Shown: positions 36,575 through 48,317 of the stretch, in pieces
How positions within the stretch are numbered: the first letter of the stretch is position 1
Layout: each line of letters starts with the position of its first letter
Assembly (NCBI GenBank): GCA_013416795.1
Contig: RQSC01000018.1
Coordinates: 21,002 to 85,001 of the forward strand
Direction: 5' to 3'
Length of the DNA stretch: 64,000 bases
Origin: Prasinococcaceae sp. CCMP 1430
Taxonomy: Eukaryota > Plantae > Prasinodermophyta
Notes under the pieces: generated by a model
Told to the model about the DNA's origin: nothing
What the model saw: only the letters and a program-made list of their open reading frames with translations
The model's database searches: none
Translations under genes and position numbers: made by a program

Positions 36575-37321
36575 TCAGCGATGCACGGCGCGGCAGGTTG
36601 GGCAGCGTGCGCTGTAAGCAGCCCATCGTGTCGCGCACCTCGCGCACACGGCGTGACCACATGGGTACACTGCCACGATGCTCCGCGGAGAGAACTCGTC
36701 GTAGCAAATTGGGCACTCCGCAATGAATTCCAACGGGTCGTCTTCTACGTCCTTCAAGGCTTCTCCTCCCGATGCGTCCGTGGTCTTCGCGCTGGGCTGC
36801 TCGGTTTCGAGTGGCCGCAGTGCGGTGGCGGCATATGGGTCCAGCGCGTCGCTGTCGTCAAGTGCAGCGGCGGAGTTCACCCAATCGAGGGTGCGCGAGT
36901 AGGGGCACTCGCGGTCATTGCAGAGGCGTGACTCGGCGGCGCCCGCACTAGCGGTGTGGCCTGGCAACTGCTGTTGCGTCGTCGTGTCCCGCTGCCCATC
37001 GCCAGGAAGAGTGGCGGCGGTGTCGTCGTGCTTTGTGGGGGTCGCCTTTGGCTTGAAAAGCAGCGGCTTGGCCGCAGCAAGCGTGCGCAGAGGTGGCCTG
37101 CGGCGCAGCATGCGCTTCCTCCTTCGCCGTGCGAGAGCGCCTGTCTGTCCGAAGCGCGATAGTTGCGATAGCGAAGTCACCAGGCAGAGATAGTAGACAG
37201 AAGCGCGCACCGGCCACCACTCCTCGCTGCGTGCCGCGTCGGTGAGCAGGCGCCCAGCGTGGCCCCGCACCACCCGAACGAGTTGTGCGCCCAGCGCTCT
37301 GAGCGCCGAGCCCACGCCCAT
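36575..37321 (-). CDS. C3HC4 RING-finger protein (putative E3 ligase) with N-terminal hydrophobic segment
   Basis: C-terminal CPICYDE...PCGHAVCARC...CPTCR. Confidence 0.8.
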   Translation of the reverse strand: MGVGSALRALGAQLVRVVRGHAGRLLTDAARSEEWWPVRASVYYLCLVTSLSQLSRFGQTGALARRRRKRMLRRRPPLRTLAAAKPLLFKPKATPTKHDDTAATLPGDGQRDTTTQQQLPGHTASAGAAESRLCNDRECPYSRTLDWVNSAAALDDSDALDPYAATALRPLETEQPSAKTTDASGGEALKDVEDDPLEFIAECPICYDEFSPRSIVAVYPCGHAVCARCATRWAAYSARCPTCRAVHR

Positions 37322-37943
37322 GACTGCGCGCACCGGCAGGGCCGCTCGCCGCCGCAAACGAAGCGCGCCGCGATGAGCGACACCGACCCGTGCCTAACGT
37401 GCGACCACGCGACAGACGCGATAGAGACGCCAGGTCCCAGACAGCAGTCGTCGCAATTGTGCTGCTGCTAGCCCTCCCGCACAGCGCCACTGCTCGACCG
37501 GTCTTGCTCACGCGCGCGGTCCGCCGCGCCCGCCCTCGCGTCGCCGCGGCTCGTGGGCACTTGCGGGGTGGTCACGCCCTGTCGCTTGTCGTCGAGCGAG
37601 CGGCGGCGCGCGCTGAAGGGGATGGGTGGTGGTGGGGCAGTGTGGCACGTTCGTTATTACTGGCTAAAAATGTGCCCCGAAAAGATTGATCCGCGCAAAA
37701 ATTCACGGCGCTGCAGGAGCGCGGGCGCTCGCCACACCGCGGCGGGTGCGCAGCGCGCCGGCCGCGGCTGCGGCGGTGCGCGGTTGTGTGGGTGCGCGAG
37801 TGCGCGGGAGGGTGGGTGGGCAGGTGGTGTGTGGAGGACGAGCGGGGAAGTGGTGGTGACGTCAGGGGAAGGGGTCGCAGACGTCCTTCCCTCCCCCTCC
37901 TTTTTCATCCTGCTCTCAGCACTCCGCCGCAGGAAAGTTCAAA

Positions 37944-39569
37944 ATGTCCAGCGAAGCCGACGTTCGCGCGGGATGCGCCCTCTCGCGTGAGTTGCGGGTG
38001 GTGGTGCGGGTGGACGTGCGTCTGCGCTGGCACGCGCCGAAATGCGGCGGCGCCGAGTCGGCTCTCACGCGGGCGCAGGCGTCCAGGAGGGCTCGCGAGG
38101 CGACGGCAGTCGCGCTGGCGCATCGGAGCCTGCGGTACGTCGACGGCCCGCTCGACACACCCGCGCTCGAAGCCGTGCGTGCGGCAGCTGGCCCTGCGCT
38201 GGGCGGCATGGTGGATGATGTCAGCGTCGTGGACAGTGATGCATCCTCGCCGCACCACGGCAGCGTGCTGCTCTTCTTCCAGCGCACTCTGCGCGTGGCT
38301 GCGTACGCGCCCGTCGATGAAAATGAGCCACTCTTCGCGGCTGAGGGCGGATCCGAGCCAAGCTGCGCCCGTCCTCCTGTAGAGCAGGAGCCTTTCGGAT
38401 CGCTGCTTGGCGGGGTGGGCGCAGACGACAGGGACAGCTTGTCCGCCGAGGACAGCCCAGCGACTGACATCGGAGGCGACGCGCTTCTCAAGGTCCGACC
38501 CCTTCCTAGCACACAATTGTGCGGTCTTTGGGACTCGCTCCACTACTCGGGCGGTCTGAAGCAGCGCCTGCTGAGGTATGCGTCTAGCAGCGCTGAGCTC
38601 GCACGCACGGGTGCGAGCTCTATGCTGGTCAGCCGTTCCGGCCTCATCCTCCTGCACGGTCCGCCGGGGAGTGGCAAGAGCTCGTTGGCGCGTGCTTTGG
38701 CGCAAAAGCTTGCAATCTGGCACGTCGGTGGCAGCCGCCAGGAGGAGCTGAACGACAGTGGGGTTGCCCTCTTTGCTGGCGCTGAGGTGGCTACAGCGAC
38801 GCTCTATGAGATCAATGCTGCGCAGTGCATGAGCAAATTCTTGGGAGAGAGCTCGAAGACACTCCAGCGGGCCTTCGCCCGCGTTCGCGATGACTTGCAC
38901 GTTCGCCCGAACACCCTCGCGGTCGTCCTGGTTGATGAGGCGGACGCGCTTGCCATCTCGCGTGCGCACAGCCTCAGCGCTGCCGATCCAGGCGACGCCG
39001 CGCGCGTCACAGGCACGCTGCTGCGAGAGCTAGACGCGCTGGCTGAGCTTCAAGGCACGCTCGTACTTGCGACGTCAAACTTGGCGAACGATTTAGATGG
39101 CGCCTTTCTTGACAGGGCGGACCTCAGCGAGCGAATTGGCAACCCTGAGCTGCGCGCACGGTATGGTATCCTGCGCTCCGAAGTGGTCGAGCTCACCCGC
39201 GTGGGACTCGTCGGCGCCACGACGGGAAGGCAGCAACTGCTGCCTCTCGTGTGGGGCACATTTCAGGACTCGAGTCCCCAAGAGGTCGAGTGCGGTGGCA
39301 TTGATCAATCACACGACAGGCGGCTGCGAGCAGACGAGCTGAAGGAGCAACGCGACAACTCGGTGGCCTTGCTCGAGGTAGCAACGATCCTCGGGGGGGT
39401 GTCCGGGCGCGCCCTGAGGCGTCTCCCTCTCCTCGCACATGCAGAAACGCGTACGTGCGAGTACATGGGCCGCGGCTGGGTTTCGATGAAGGACCTCATT
39501 GCATCGCTGCACACGGCGGCGGAAATCGCTTCCTCACGCGCTCGATGCAAGCGCGACAACGGGATTTGA
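37944..39569 (+). CDS. PCH2: Pachytene checkpoint 2 / TRIP13 AAA+ ATPase
   Basis: LWDSLHYSGGLKQRLLRYA, Walker A LILLHGPPGSGKSSLARALAQKLAI, EINA..SKFLGESSK, Walker B LVDEAD, AFLDRAD, GVSGRALRRLPLLAHA. Confidence 0.88.
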   Translation: MSSEADVRAGCALSRELRVVVRVDVRLRWHAPKCGGAESALTRAQASRRAREATAVALAHRSLRYVDGPLDTPALEAVRAAAGPALGGMVDDVSVVDSDASSPHHGSVLLFFQRTLRVAAYAPVDENEPLFAAEGGSEPSCARPPVEQEPFGSLLGGVGADDRDSLSAEDSPATDIGGDALLKVRPLPSTQLCGLWDSLHYSGGLKQRLLRYASSSAELARTGASSMLVSRSGLILLHGPPGSGKSSLARALAQKLAIWHVGGSRQEELNDSGVALFAGAEVATATLYEINAAQCMSKFLGESSKTLQRAFARVRDDLHVRPNTLAVVLVDEADALAISRAHSLSAADPGDAARVTGTLLRELDALAELQGTLVLATSNLANDLDGAFLDRADLSERIGNPELRARYGILRSEVVELTRVGLVGATTGRQQLLPLVWGTFQDSSPQEVECGGIDQSHDRRLRADELKEQRDNSVALLEVATILGGVSGRALRRLPLLAHAETRTCEYMGRGWVSMKDLIASLHTAAEIASSRARCKRDNGI

Positions 39570-39830
39570 GCGCCTCGCCTCAAGCTTCATCATCATCACG
39601 CGCAATACGACACGAAACGTATCGCAGCCTCTGCTATCAACTGCTAGTACTACTTAGACCCCACTCATCCTCCCATCACCAACACACAAACCCCACCGTC
39701 CACTATCTCACAACCAATATTAATTATGGGAAGAACCACTTACTGTGTCAGCGAGAGAGTCTACGCTGCCGCGCTCCACACCGCGTGCAGGTGGTTTCAA
39801 TGAGGCGGGTGACAGCCCCGTTTCGCTGCG

Positions 39831-41174
39831 TCAATGAAAGAGCTTCTCCCCGCGGCCAAAGATGGCAAAGACCACTGCGACCGCCGCACAGATAGCACCG
39901 GCCACGTGGAAGACGGGCGCCCACGTCCCGTGAGTCACGTGCAGGATGGTGCCGGTGAGTTTTACGCCGACCACTCCCGCGAGCGTGCCAGCGGAGTTGG
40001 AGAGACCCATCAGCACGCCGGCGTACCTCGGAGCAATGTCCATGTGATTGACGGCAAAGCCGCCACGAGCGATTGCGGCCGCACCGACCGCCACCGCAAT
40101 CACAAGTGCAGCCGCCGACGGGTTAGTGACGTATGGCACGGCGGCCAGAGCGAGCGTCGAAAGCGCAAAGCCCGCACTGTTGATGTACTTGCGTGCAGTA
40201 GCCACCGAGTTCCCTCGCGAGATGAGCGCATCGGACAGCAGCCCACCCACCGTCGTGCAAACGGTCATGACGAAGTACGGGCCGGAGCTCGCGAGCTTGT
40301 TGCCTGCGAGCCTTACACCCAGGGCCTCCTCAAAGTACGTCGGCTGCCAAGACACGAGCACGTATACGAGGTAGTGATAGCCGAAGTTGTTCACAATGAT
40401 GGCCCATACAGCCGGCGACCGAAACATGGCTCCCCAGGGGATGGCCCCGCCTCGCACCACGACGCTCGCCCCCTTCGCGCCCGACCCGCCGTTGGCCGAT
40501 GGCGCCGTGGTTGGGAGCGTGTCGCGCTTAATACCCCCGGGTAGCGCTCGGTGGGGGAAAGCGGCGACGAAGAAGGCCAGCCAGAACACGGACGCAGCTG
40601 CGTGCACCTGGAGCTGCCCCCTTGCACCGATCGCCTCGACCGTCGCGGGCGCGACGAGCATCGCAACCGCGCTGCCGAGGTACATGCCCGACATCGCGAC
40701 CGACACGCATCGCGAGCGCGCGTGCGGCGCGATCCATTCCGCGAGCAGCGTATGAACGCTCGGGAAGACCACGCCCTGCACCACGCCTACGCAGACGCGT
40801 GCGGCTGCCACACTCGTCAGCCACCACGGCGAATCCCCAACATCGCTGCCCTCGACCTTATCTGTCATGGGCGTGAGGATTGACACCACCGCGAGAGTGA
40901 TCATGCTCGAGCACAGCACGCGCTGCCCGCCGAGCTTGCTCGCTAGGTAGCCGCCAGGCACCTGCGTGAGCGCATAGCCCCAGTAAAACGCTGACAGCAC
41001 CGTTCCCTTGTCCGCCTGTGAGAGCCCCCGCTGCGCCGCTGCCGCCGTGAACGCCACGTTGAATCCGGTGCGCTCGACGTATGCGACGAGCGTCGCCATG
41101 AAACACAGCGCGACCACTCGCGCGCCCGGTGGCGCCACCGGCGCGCAAGGCCCACCTTGCCGCGCGTCCTTCAT
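39831..41174 (-). CDS. MFS anion/phosphate transporter (PHT4/SLC17 family, PHT4;6-like)
   Basis: AYVERTGFNVA, KGTVLSAFYWGYALTQVPGG, SGMYLGSA, SWQPTYF, ARGGFAVNHMDIAPRYAG, FGRGEKLF. Confidence 0.9.
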   Translation of the reverse strand: MKDARQGGPCAPVAPPGARVVALCFMATLVAYVERTGFNVAFTAAAAQRGLSQADKGTVLSAFYWGYALTQVPGGYLASKLGGQRVLCSSMITLAVVSILTPMTDKVEGSDVGDSPWWLTSVAAARVCVGVVQGVVFPSVHTLLAEWIAPHARSRCVSVAMSGMYLGSAVAMLVAPATVEAIGARGQLQVHAAASVFWLAFFVAAFPHRALPGGIKRDTLPTTAPSANGGSGAKGASVVVRGGAIPWGAMFRSPAVWAIIVNNFGYHYLVYVLVSWQPTYFEEALGVRLAGNKLASSGPYFVMTVCTTVGGLLSDALISRGNSVATARKYINSAGFALSTLALAAVPYVTNPSAAALVIAVAVGAAAIARGGFAVNHMDIAPRYAGVLMGLSNSAGTLAGVVGVKLTGTILHVTHGTWAPVFHVAGAICAAVAVVFAIFGRGEKLFH

Positions 41175-41829
41175 CGCGGCCCCGGCAGGCGTGCCCCCCG
41201 TCGCTGGCGCCTGCGCCCCCCATGTGGTTCGAATTGGGGGTATGCCGGGGCGCGCGCGCGCGCGGGCGCGCGCGCGCGGGGCGCCGCGCGCGGGATCAGC
41301 GGCGCGCGGCGCGCGCGACCGGGGGCGCCCGCTCGCCGGCGAGCGATCTGTCCCCCAACCCCCAACCTTCGCACGGCCGAGCTCTCGGGCGCGCCCTGTC
41401 TTCCCCCCCTTCTGTCCACCTTCCCCCCACACCTCGCGTCGCGCCTGGGCCACGCGCTGTGGCAGGGACTCGCGGACTCGGCCGTCGAGAGGGGGGGGGG
41501 GGAATGTGTCGGGAACACTCGTCAACAGCCCTCCGTTGGGCCACGATACCATGCAGAAGCCAAATTTGGGAGCGCACATCAAAACGCATTGTCGGGCGCA
41601 CGCGCACGTGGTTTGATCTGCGCGGGCGAGGCGCGGCGCGCGGCGCGGGCTGGGGCGGCCTGGGTCGGCGGCGGAGGGTGCGGCACGCTGGGGGGAAAGG
41701 GTGGGGTGGGGGGGCGATGTGTCCGTACGCGAGGGACAGGAGCGGGCGAGAGCAGGGGCGGCCGGCGTCTAGAACATTAGGCTTACGTCCGCCGCGCCGT
41801 GCGCGCGCGCGCTGGCTGGCGCGCGACGC

Positions 41830-42015
41830 TCACTGCACGAAGGGGTTCGCGATCGGCTCGAGGCCGTCCGCGGGCGCCACCAGCGTGACGCACGTGCCGC
41901 GGCACACGGTCAGGCCCAGCGGCCGCCGCTCGTCTGTGACCACACCCGCGTCCGCGGGGTCGCGCAGCGACTCCACGGTCTCGTCTAGCACGAGGTTGAG
42001 AATCTCGTCGTACCC
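41830..42015 (-). CDS. LSM7: LSM7 Sm-like protein, 3' exon only
   Basis: After a CCAG acceptor: GYDEILNLVLDETVESLRDPADAGVVTDERRPLGLTVCRGTCVTLVAPADGLEPIANPFVQ*. Not in the ORF track; canonical 5' exon not found. Confidence 0.85.
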   Translation of the reverse strand, partial: GYDEILNLVLDETVESLRDPADAGVVTDERRPLGLTVCRGTCVTLVAPADGLEPIANPFVQ

Positions 42016-42407
42016 CTGGCGTGCGCGCGCGGCCGCGTGGCGTTGGGGCGCGAGGGTGGGCGCGCGTCAGCCGCGCTCCTGCATGGTGCACGCGCGGGGC
42101 GCGGACGACGTCCAGATCGGACGCAGCGCGGCCGCCCAGCGGTGCGCCAGGCGCAAACGCTGCCCCCCCCCCCAACCGGCGCCGCCGTCGCCGGCTCATG
42201 GTGCTCACTCGGCGGGCGCCCTCGCGTGTGGCGCGTTCGCTGGCAGGGAAGGTGGCCTCGGTGCTTGAGGGCTCCATCGCACGTGCCGAGTGGGTAGGGA
42301 TTCTTGTNCCTAGCGCGCCGGGGGCCCGGCGGCCGCCGATCGGGCTTGCGCGGCACTCGTGTGTGCGTGGCTTGGGGGGGACGTCCGCGCTCCGGGTGGT
42401 CGGCGTG

Positions 42408-45400
42408 ATGTACGCGCCGCAGCCAGGCGGCGACCTCTACAGGCGACGCACGTCGGCGTCGGGACCCGAGAGCGCAGCGGCGACTGGCGCGGCGGGCGTC
42501 GCGGGGGGGGGGACGCGCGGCGGCATCGGCAGCGGCGGCGTGGGGTATGCAGGGGGCGGGGCGGCCGCCGCTTCTCGCGCGCCGGAGCGGCCCGGATCGC
42601 GGGCCAGGAACGCGCCCCTGACCATTGAGGACATCTCCGACATGCTCAAGGCCACCCACCCGCCCGCGAACCCCGCGCATGTGTGCGAAGACATCGAGAG
42701 ATTCCTCGCGAACGCGGCGGACACGTACACCTACGGCGCGTTCTTCGAGCGGTGCTTCCCAGCGCTGCTCACGAGGGTGTACTCGTTCGAGCAGCCCTCC
42801 CGAGGGTGGGTGGCCACCGCGAAGGGGGAGGATGGGAAGGCCGTGGCAAAGCTGCTGCGACCAGACGGCCCGCTGATGCGTGCCGCGCGATTCGTGGACG
42901 CGGACGAGGGGCGCTCGCTCGCCTTTTACTTTCCCACCAACCTGCTGCCAGCGAGCACGCGGGCGGCGCTGCTGTCTGACGCTGCGGCAGACCAGCTGGG
43001 CAGGACGTCGTGGCACCTGTCCGGGCGCCTCGAGCGGCGCGGCCTGAACGACTGGCAGGTGCGCCTGAACACGGTGGACTACTTCCTCTTCTTCACGGCT
43101 TACTACGCCGTGCGCAGCGTGGGGCCGCCCAGCGGCGCGGCCAGAGCAGCGTCGGAGGCGTCTGCCCCCGTGAGGCAGGGGGTCACCACAAAGCAAGCCG
43201 TAGATGGGTTGAAGTCCGCAGCCAAAGCGATGCAGAGGGGGTTCAAGCCTTTGGTCGGAGCAGGCGGAGCCGCCGCGGAGCCGCCGCCAAAGGTCGACAA
43301 CACGGCGACGTACCACCCGTACAAAGCCATCACGCGCGCGCTGATGCAGCACATGATCCCACCTCTGAGGAAGGCGACGATGAGCGGTCCGTCGGACGGC
43401 GCCTCAGGGGGGGCGGGGGCGGTGCCATCGTCGTCTACGCAACCAACAGCGAGCGCGGCAGACACGAGCCTGCTGCTCTCCGTTTTTATGGAATTCTGGC
43501 TCGAGGACCTGGGCGACGCGGAGCGCGTCAAGTACCAGCAGCAGCAGCAGCGGCGGCAGCAGCTGCCCTACCAGCAGCAGCTGCCGTATCAGCAGCAGCT
43601 GCCTTATCAGCAGCCGGCTGGCATGCCCATGAGCCCCTTGCTGTCGGCGGGCTTCATCGGGCGCGATCAGAGTGCGTACCAGACCCTGCCCTCCGTGGCG
43701 TTTCCGTCGGCCGAAGTGATCGATAGCCTCCAGGAGCTCGTCATCCACATGCACTCTGCTGGGCACAGCATGGGTGGCAGCGCGATCGGCGGTGGCGGCG
43801 GCCAGTACAGGCCGCCGACGTCGATGGCGGGCCCAATGGCGGCGGGTGCCCTGCCTGCTGAAGTGCTCTCGCCGCACCTGCAGCAGCTTCAGCGACCTCT
43901 CTACCGTACGCTGCGACACATGTTTCACTCGTGGCACAAGAAGGGCACCAAGGCGGGCGTTTCGAGCTTTACTGTCGTGTTGTGGATGTGGCGCTCGTAC
44001 CTTCAACCGTGGACGTACTACCGCGACCAGCAAGCCTCACATGCCCTCGGCCTTCCGTTTAAGCTGGGGGCCAACTCGGGGCGGTTCAACCCCGCCTGGA
44101 ATCCCTGGTTGCTTGCGAACCTCCCGTTCTATGTGGCGCTCTTGTCGCACATCGTGGTGTGCTGCTCGCACAGAATGGTGAGCGACGATGACACAGAGCG
44201 CGAGAGTGGCATCAACAATTTGGGGCGCGCGCTGCGCGTGTTCAAAGAGGAGCCCAAGATGCTCGAATTCATTGAGCAGGCGTGGAACGCGTACGTTGCG
44301 TACGCGGGTGCGGGCGCGTCGGGTGCGGGCGCGCAGGCTGCCGCCATGCGCGCATCCGGCGCTGGCCAGACTGAAGCAAAGGAGATAGCCGAAGCCATGC
44401 CCCTTGTGCACTCTCAAATGCTCGACTGGGACCCCGAGATGCTTCGAGAGGCGCTCGGTGAGGGCGCAGTGCCACTCCCGCCGGCGGACGCGAAGGCGAG
44501 TGCCTTCTCGCCGGGGCAGGGCACGGCCAGTGGTGGGTTCTCCACCCCCGTGCAGCCGTCGAGGGAGCGCGTCGAGCCAAAGCTGGCCCGCCTGGATGTT
44601 TTCGGAAAGCAAGGCTTGAGGCACGTGCTCCATCTGCTCGCTGGCCGGCTCAAGGACGACACTCGCCGGGGGCGCGTGCCCAAGAGCGAGGGGCTCAAAC
44701 AGCTGGCGGCGGCTGCGGCGGTCGTGTGCCACGACGAGTCGCTGAAGGCACTGCTCGAGTCATCGGGTTCGCGCGATATTAAGGGGAAGGCCGATGGCAA
44801 GGCCACCAAGACCACGCGAGAGACTCCGTCGCCGACTGGCCCCGACTACTCGCGCGTGCCTGGCGCGCTGCCGATGACGTGGAGCGTCGGCACTCCCAAG
44901 GAGGACGACGGCCACCCCGTGCGCGTGTTCGGCGCGACACTATTCACTTGGCACAACCCCTTCACGATCAACGAACTCACGCACGAGGCGCCTCCAGGCT
45001 ACAAGGGCGACTGGATGCGTCGCCCCATCGCGGCGAATGAGCTCGCGCCGGTGAGTGCGCGCGGCCTGATGCGCGCTTAGCTTATTGGCGCTCCCATGCC
45101 ACACGCACTGCTTGCTGACGCCGCCCCACCCCGGCTCCATTCTCTCCCTTCTCTCGTTCTGGTTCGGGCCCGCATGCGTTCCCGTGTCCAGGCGGTGCGG
45201 CTCTTGGTGGCTCTCTCAGACCGCGCCAACGCATCGGGCATGCTCCCCGCGGGATACTGCGCTGATCTGCGGTTCCTCGCGGAGCACAACAGCCTCGCGG
45301 CGCTGGCACTCTTGCTGCTGCTCTCCTCGCTCTTCCCACTGCTTTGGTCGCTCGTCGCGAGGCTTCTGCTCGTGGCTGCGATCGCATGCGTGGCTGTGAC

Positions 45401-45428
45401 GCGCAGGCCACAGCAGCGTTCAGAGTAA
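42408..45428 (+). CDS. SMPD4 (neutral sphingomyelinase 3)-like protein
   Basis: FPALLTRVYSF..GW, LLRPDGPL, VRLNTVDYFLFFTAYY, FMEFWL, LQRPLY, WRSYLQPW, YKGDWMRRPIAANE|..VRLLV, DLRFLAE plus C-terminal TM. Intron 45051-45191. Confidence 0.8.
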
Positions 45429-45808
45429 TCCATCATCCCGCCACTGTCCCGACTGGCTCGCCCGTTGCGCCGAGCGCGCCGCGCCATGCCAGCGCGTGCA
45501 CGCACGATCGTGTTCTAAGGTGATACGGTTTTAAAGCCCCCCTCGTGGGCATGCGTTTGTGCTTGCGTGGTGCACTGGAGCACCTCGACCCGGCCTGGCC
45601 ACGCCGGTTGGAGACGGTGGGGTGTGTCTCGCACTTTGTTGTTTGTGGCGTGGCCCCGGTCGCGTGGTGCTTTTGAGTTTCCTAAAAAAAATCTTGAGGT
45701 GCGCGTGGCCCACGTCGCCGCGTGCCTCATGCAGTACAGGTGTCACTACGGTGTCCCTACTCGTATGGTTTGCGAAATGTATAGCTACTGTACCTGTTGA
45801 ACATGTGC

Positions 45809-47298
45809 TCACTGCGCCGGCACTAGGCCGGCGGCGATCATCGCGGCAAGAGCCTCTCGCTTGACGAAGCGGCCTGGGCAGTCGGGCGCGGGCGCGGGAG
45901 TGCGTTGGGCCGGCGAGCGTCAGCGCCAGGTGTCTGGCAACAGCGGCGCCGCAGCCCCATTCCACGCGCGCGCGCGCAAGCAGCAGGGCGCGCTCTCCGC
46001 GGCGCGCCGACGCTCACCCTTGATACGAGGCCTCCTCTCGGCGTTGACCTTGCGGATCTCGTAGCGGATTTTGGTGTTGAAGGTGCGCGTCTTCTTCTTC
46101 TGCAGGTACCGCATGACTCTCTCTGCGCGTGTCATCTTGTCATCGTCGTCACTCCCAGACGAGGAGCCGCTGACCTTGCCTGAGCCCAGCGCGAACTTGT
46201 TTGTGGCCGCCGCCGCAGCAGCAGCGGCGCTCGCCGCCGCCGCCGCCGCCGCCGCCGCTGCCTGCACGGCGGTCGAGTTGTGCGGGAAGCCATTCATGAG
46301 CCCCGCCCGTGGCACTTTGCCCCTCGGGTTCGAGCCGTTCTTGGCGGCCGCCGGGGACGTGGCGGCGAGCTGCGCTCCGGCCCCCTTGCCGTTGGCGGCC
46401 AATCTGGCAGCGGGCCGGGCGGCGGGCTTCGCCACGCCACCGGACCTCGATGCGGCCTTCGCGGCGGGCTTCGCGGCGGGCTTCGCGGCGGGCCTGAGCG
46501 CCGCGGGCGTGCGCGAGCCACTGGACGTCCTCTTGCCGCCCTTGCTGCCGCTCCTCGAGCCGCTCTTGGCGCCCGTGGCGGCCGGCGCCGCCGCTGCGCG
46601 CGAGGCAGCGGCGCGCGACTGTTTCTTCGACGGCGCGCGCGACCGCCCGCCCCTGGCCTTGGGCGGCAGGCCAGCCTTTCCTCGCTCCTGCGCCTGCCCC
46701 CCCTGCTTCTGCGCCTGCCGCTGCGCCTGCCCGGTGAGCTGTTGCTGGTGGAGGTGCTGCTGCTGGTGCGAGAAGAAGTCCGGCACGACGCCGTCGCCCC
46801 CCCCGAGAATCTGCGCCTGCGAGGCGGGCGGCTGCGCGTACCCGCCGTCGAGGCACCCGCCGACGAACCGGCCGTTCGGCTGGCCCATGCCCACGCTCGC
46901 GGCCGGCGCGCCAAGGACGGCCGGCGCGCCCATCGGCCCGGACATGGCGCCCTGCATGGTCGCGAGTATGTCCGCCTCGTGGTCGCCGCCGTGGCCGCCC
47001 CACGACTTCATCACGTCCTGCGCGCCAAGGGAGGGAGCGACATTGAGGGGAAGGGTGCGTGTGTGTGTGTGTGTGCGTGTTGGGGGGTTGGAAGAGATGT
47101 CGCGCGCGGGCAGCGCGGGGACGAGCGCGCCTCGGCGTCAGCCCGCCGCCTCTGCCTCTCCTCTCCGTCTCTACGTCTCTCCCCCCCCTCGCGCGCCCCT
47201 TCGCCGCCGGCGCGGACTCCGTCCGAAACTCCGCCGAATCCATACGGAATCCGATGGAATCCACGCCCGCCCGTCGATGCGTTCCGACTGCGCGCGGG

Positions 47299-47350
<52 letters not shown>

Positions 47351-48222
47351 CGCCGGCGACAGACAGGGATCGACGCAGGGAAAAACAGAAAAAAAAGGCC
47401 GCGCTCGGCAGGATCGCGCGCGCGCGCGGAGCCCAACTGAATTCGCCGCGGGTCCGACTTTCCGCCGCGCGGTTTCGCGCGGGCGCGGGCGGACGACCCG
47501 CCGCCTCGCAGCGCGGCCCCCGAAGGGGGGGCGCGGGGGAGGGAGGGAGGGAAGGGGGAAAGGGGGTGGGGTGGGTGCGGGCGCGCGCGCAGGGCGTGCG
47601 CGCGGGGGAGGTCTTTGGTTGTGTGGGGGCGGGTGGGAGTTGGGAGGCGGCGGCGGCCTGCGCACAGCAGCACGCGAGCTCGGCCGGGTGCGCCGAAAAG
47701 TATGCCGCGCACGGAAATGGTGGGGGGCCGTGTGTGTGCGGTGGAGTCGGGGTGGTGCGCGCGCCGGTGGTTGGGCGGTGAAAGACGCCCTGCCGCGTGA
47801 CGCTGGCCTCGCCCTCCGCCCCTCCCCGCGCGCGCTCGTCGCGAGCCGCGCGCCGGCGAGAGCCCGCGCACGCGCGCAAACGCACCATGTAGTCGAGGCG
47901 CAGCCCGACGTCATTGCCAGAGGCGTCGTAGGCGCCCATGGCGCCCGCGCCCGCTCCGAGGGTGTCGATGAGCGTGTTGGCATCGAAGCTGAGCGACGGC
48001 ATCGGCAGCTCGCCGGCGATTGCGTTTGCCGGCGCCGGGGCCTGGGCGCCCGCTTGCGCGTGCGCCGCGAGGAAGGACTTCGCGGCGGCGACATGCTGCG
48101 GGTTGAAGAGGTGGCCGGCGATCTGCGCACCGGCGGCGCGCGAGGTGTCGATGCCGCCCTGGTCCGAGCCGCTGGACGAGTCCGTGGGACGGTCGACGTC
48201 CGGCACACGAGCGCCGCCCATC
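45809..48222 (-). CDS. CCT-domain transcriptional regulator (CO/COL/TOC1 family); 5' end may lie in gap 48318-48877
   Basis: RAERVMRYLQKKKTRTFNTKIRYEIRKVNAERRPRIKG|RFVK across intron 45874-46017. Second intron 47018-47885; upstream exon ends LRLDYM|GTGCGT. Confidence 0.88.
47301..47348. repeat. Poly(A)/poly(T) tract of about 48 nt in CCT-gene intron
   Basis: Homopolymer visible. Confidence 0.9.
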
Positions 48223-48317
48223 GTTCTCGCCGTCTCGCCCGCCCCGCGCAACGGCCTCCGCTCCGCGCTCGTGGGGCGCCGCCGCCAGCCCCGCCGCCCT
48301 GCGCGGCGGTGCGCACT

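Noticed and set aside
47301-47348. Poly(A) tract as a retroelement tail
   Set aside because: No target-site duplication, Pol III boxes or RT sequence recognised; shorter A/T runs are common in non-coding DNA here.
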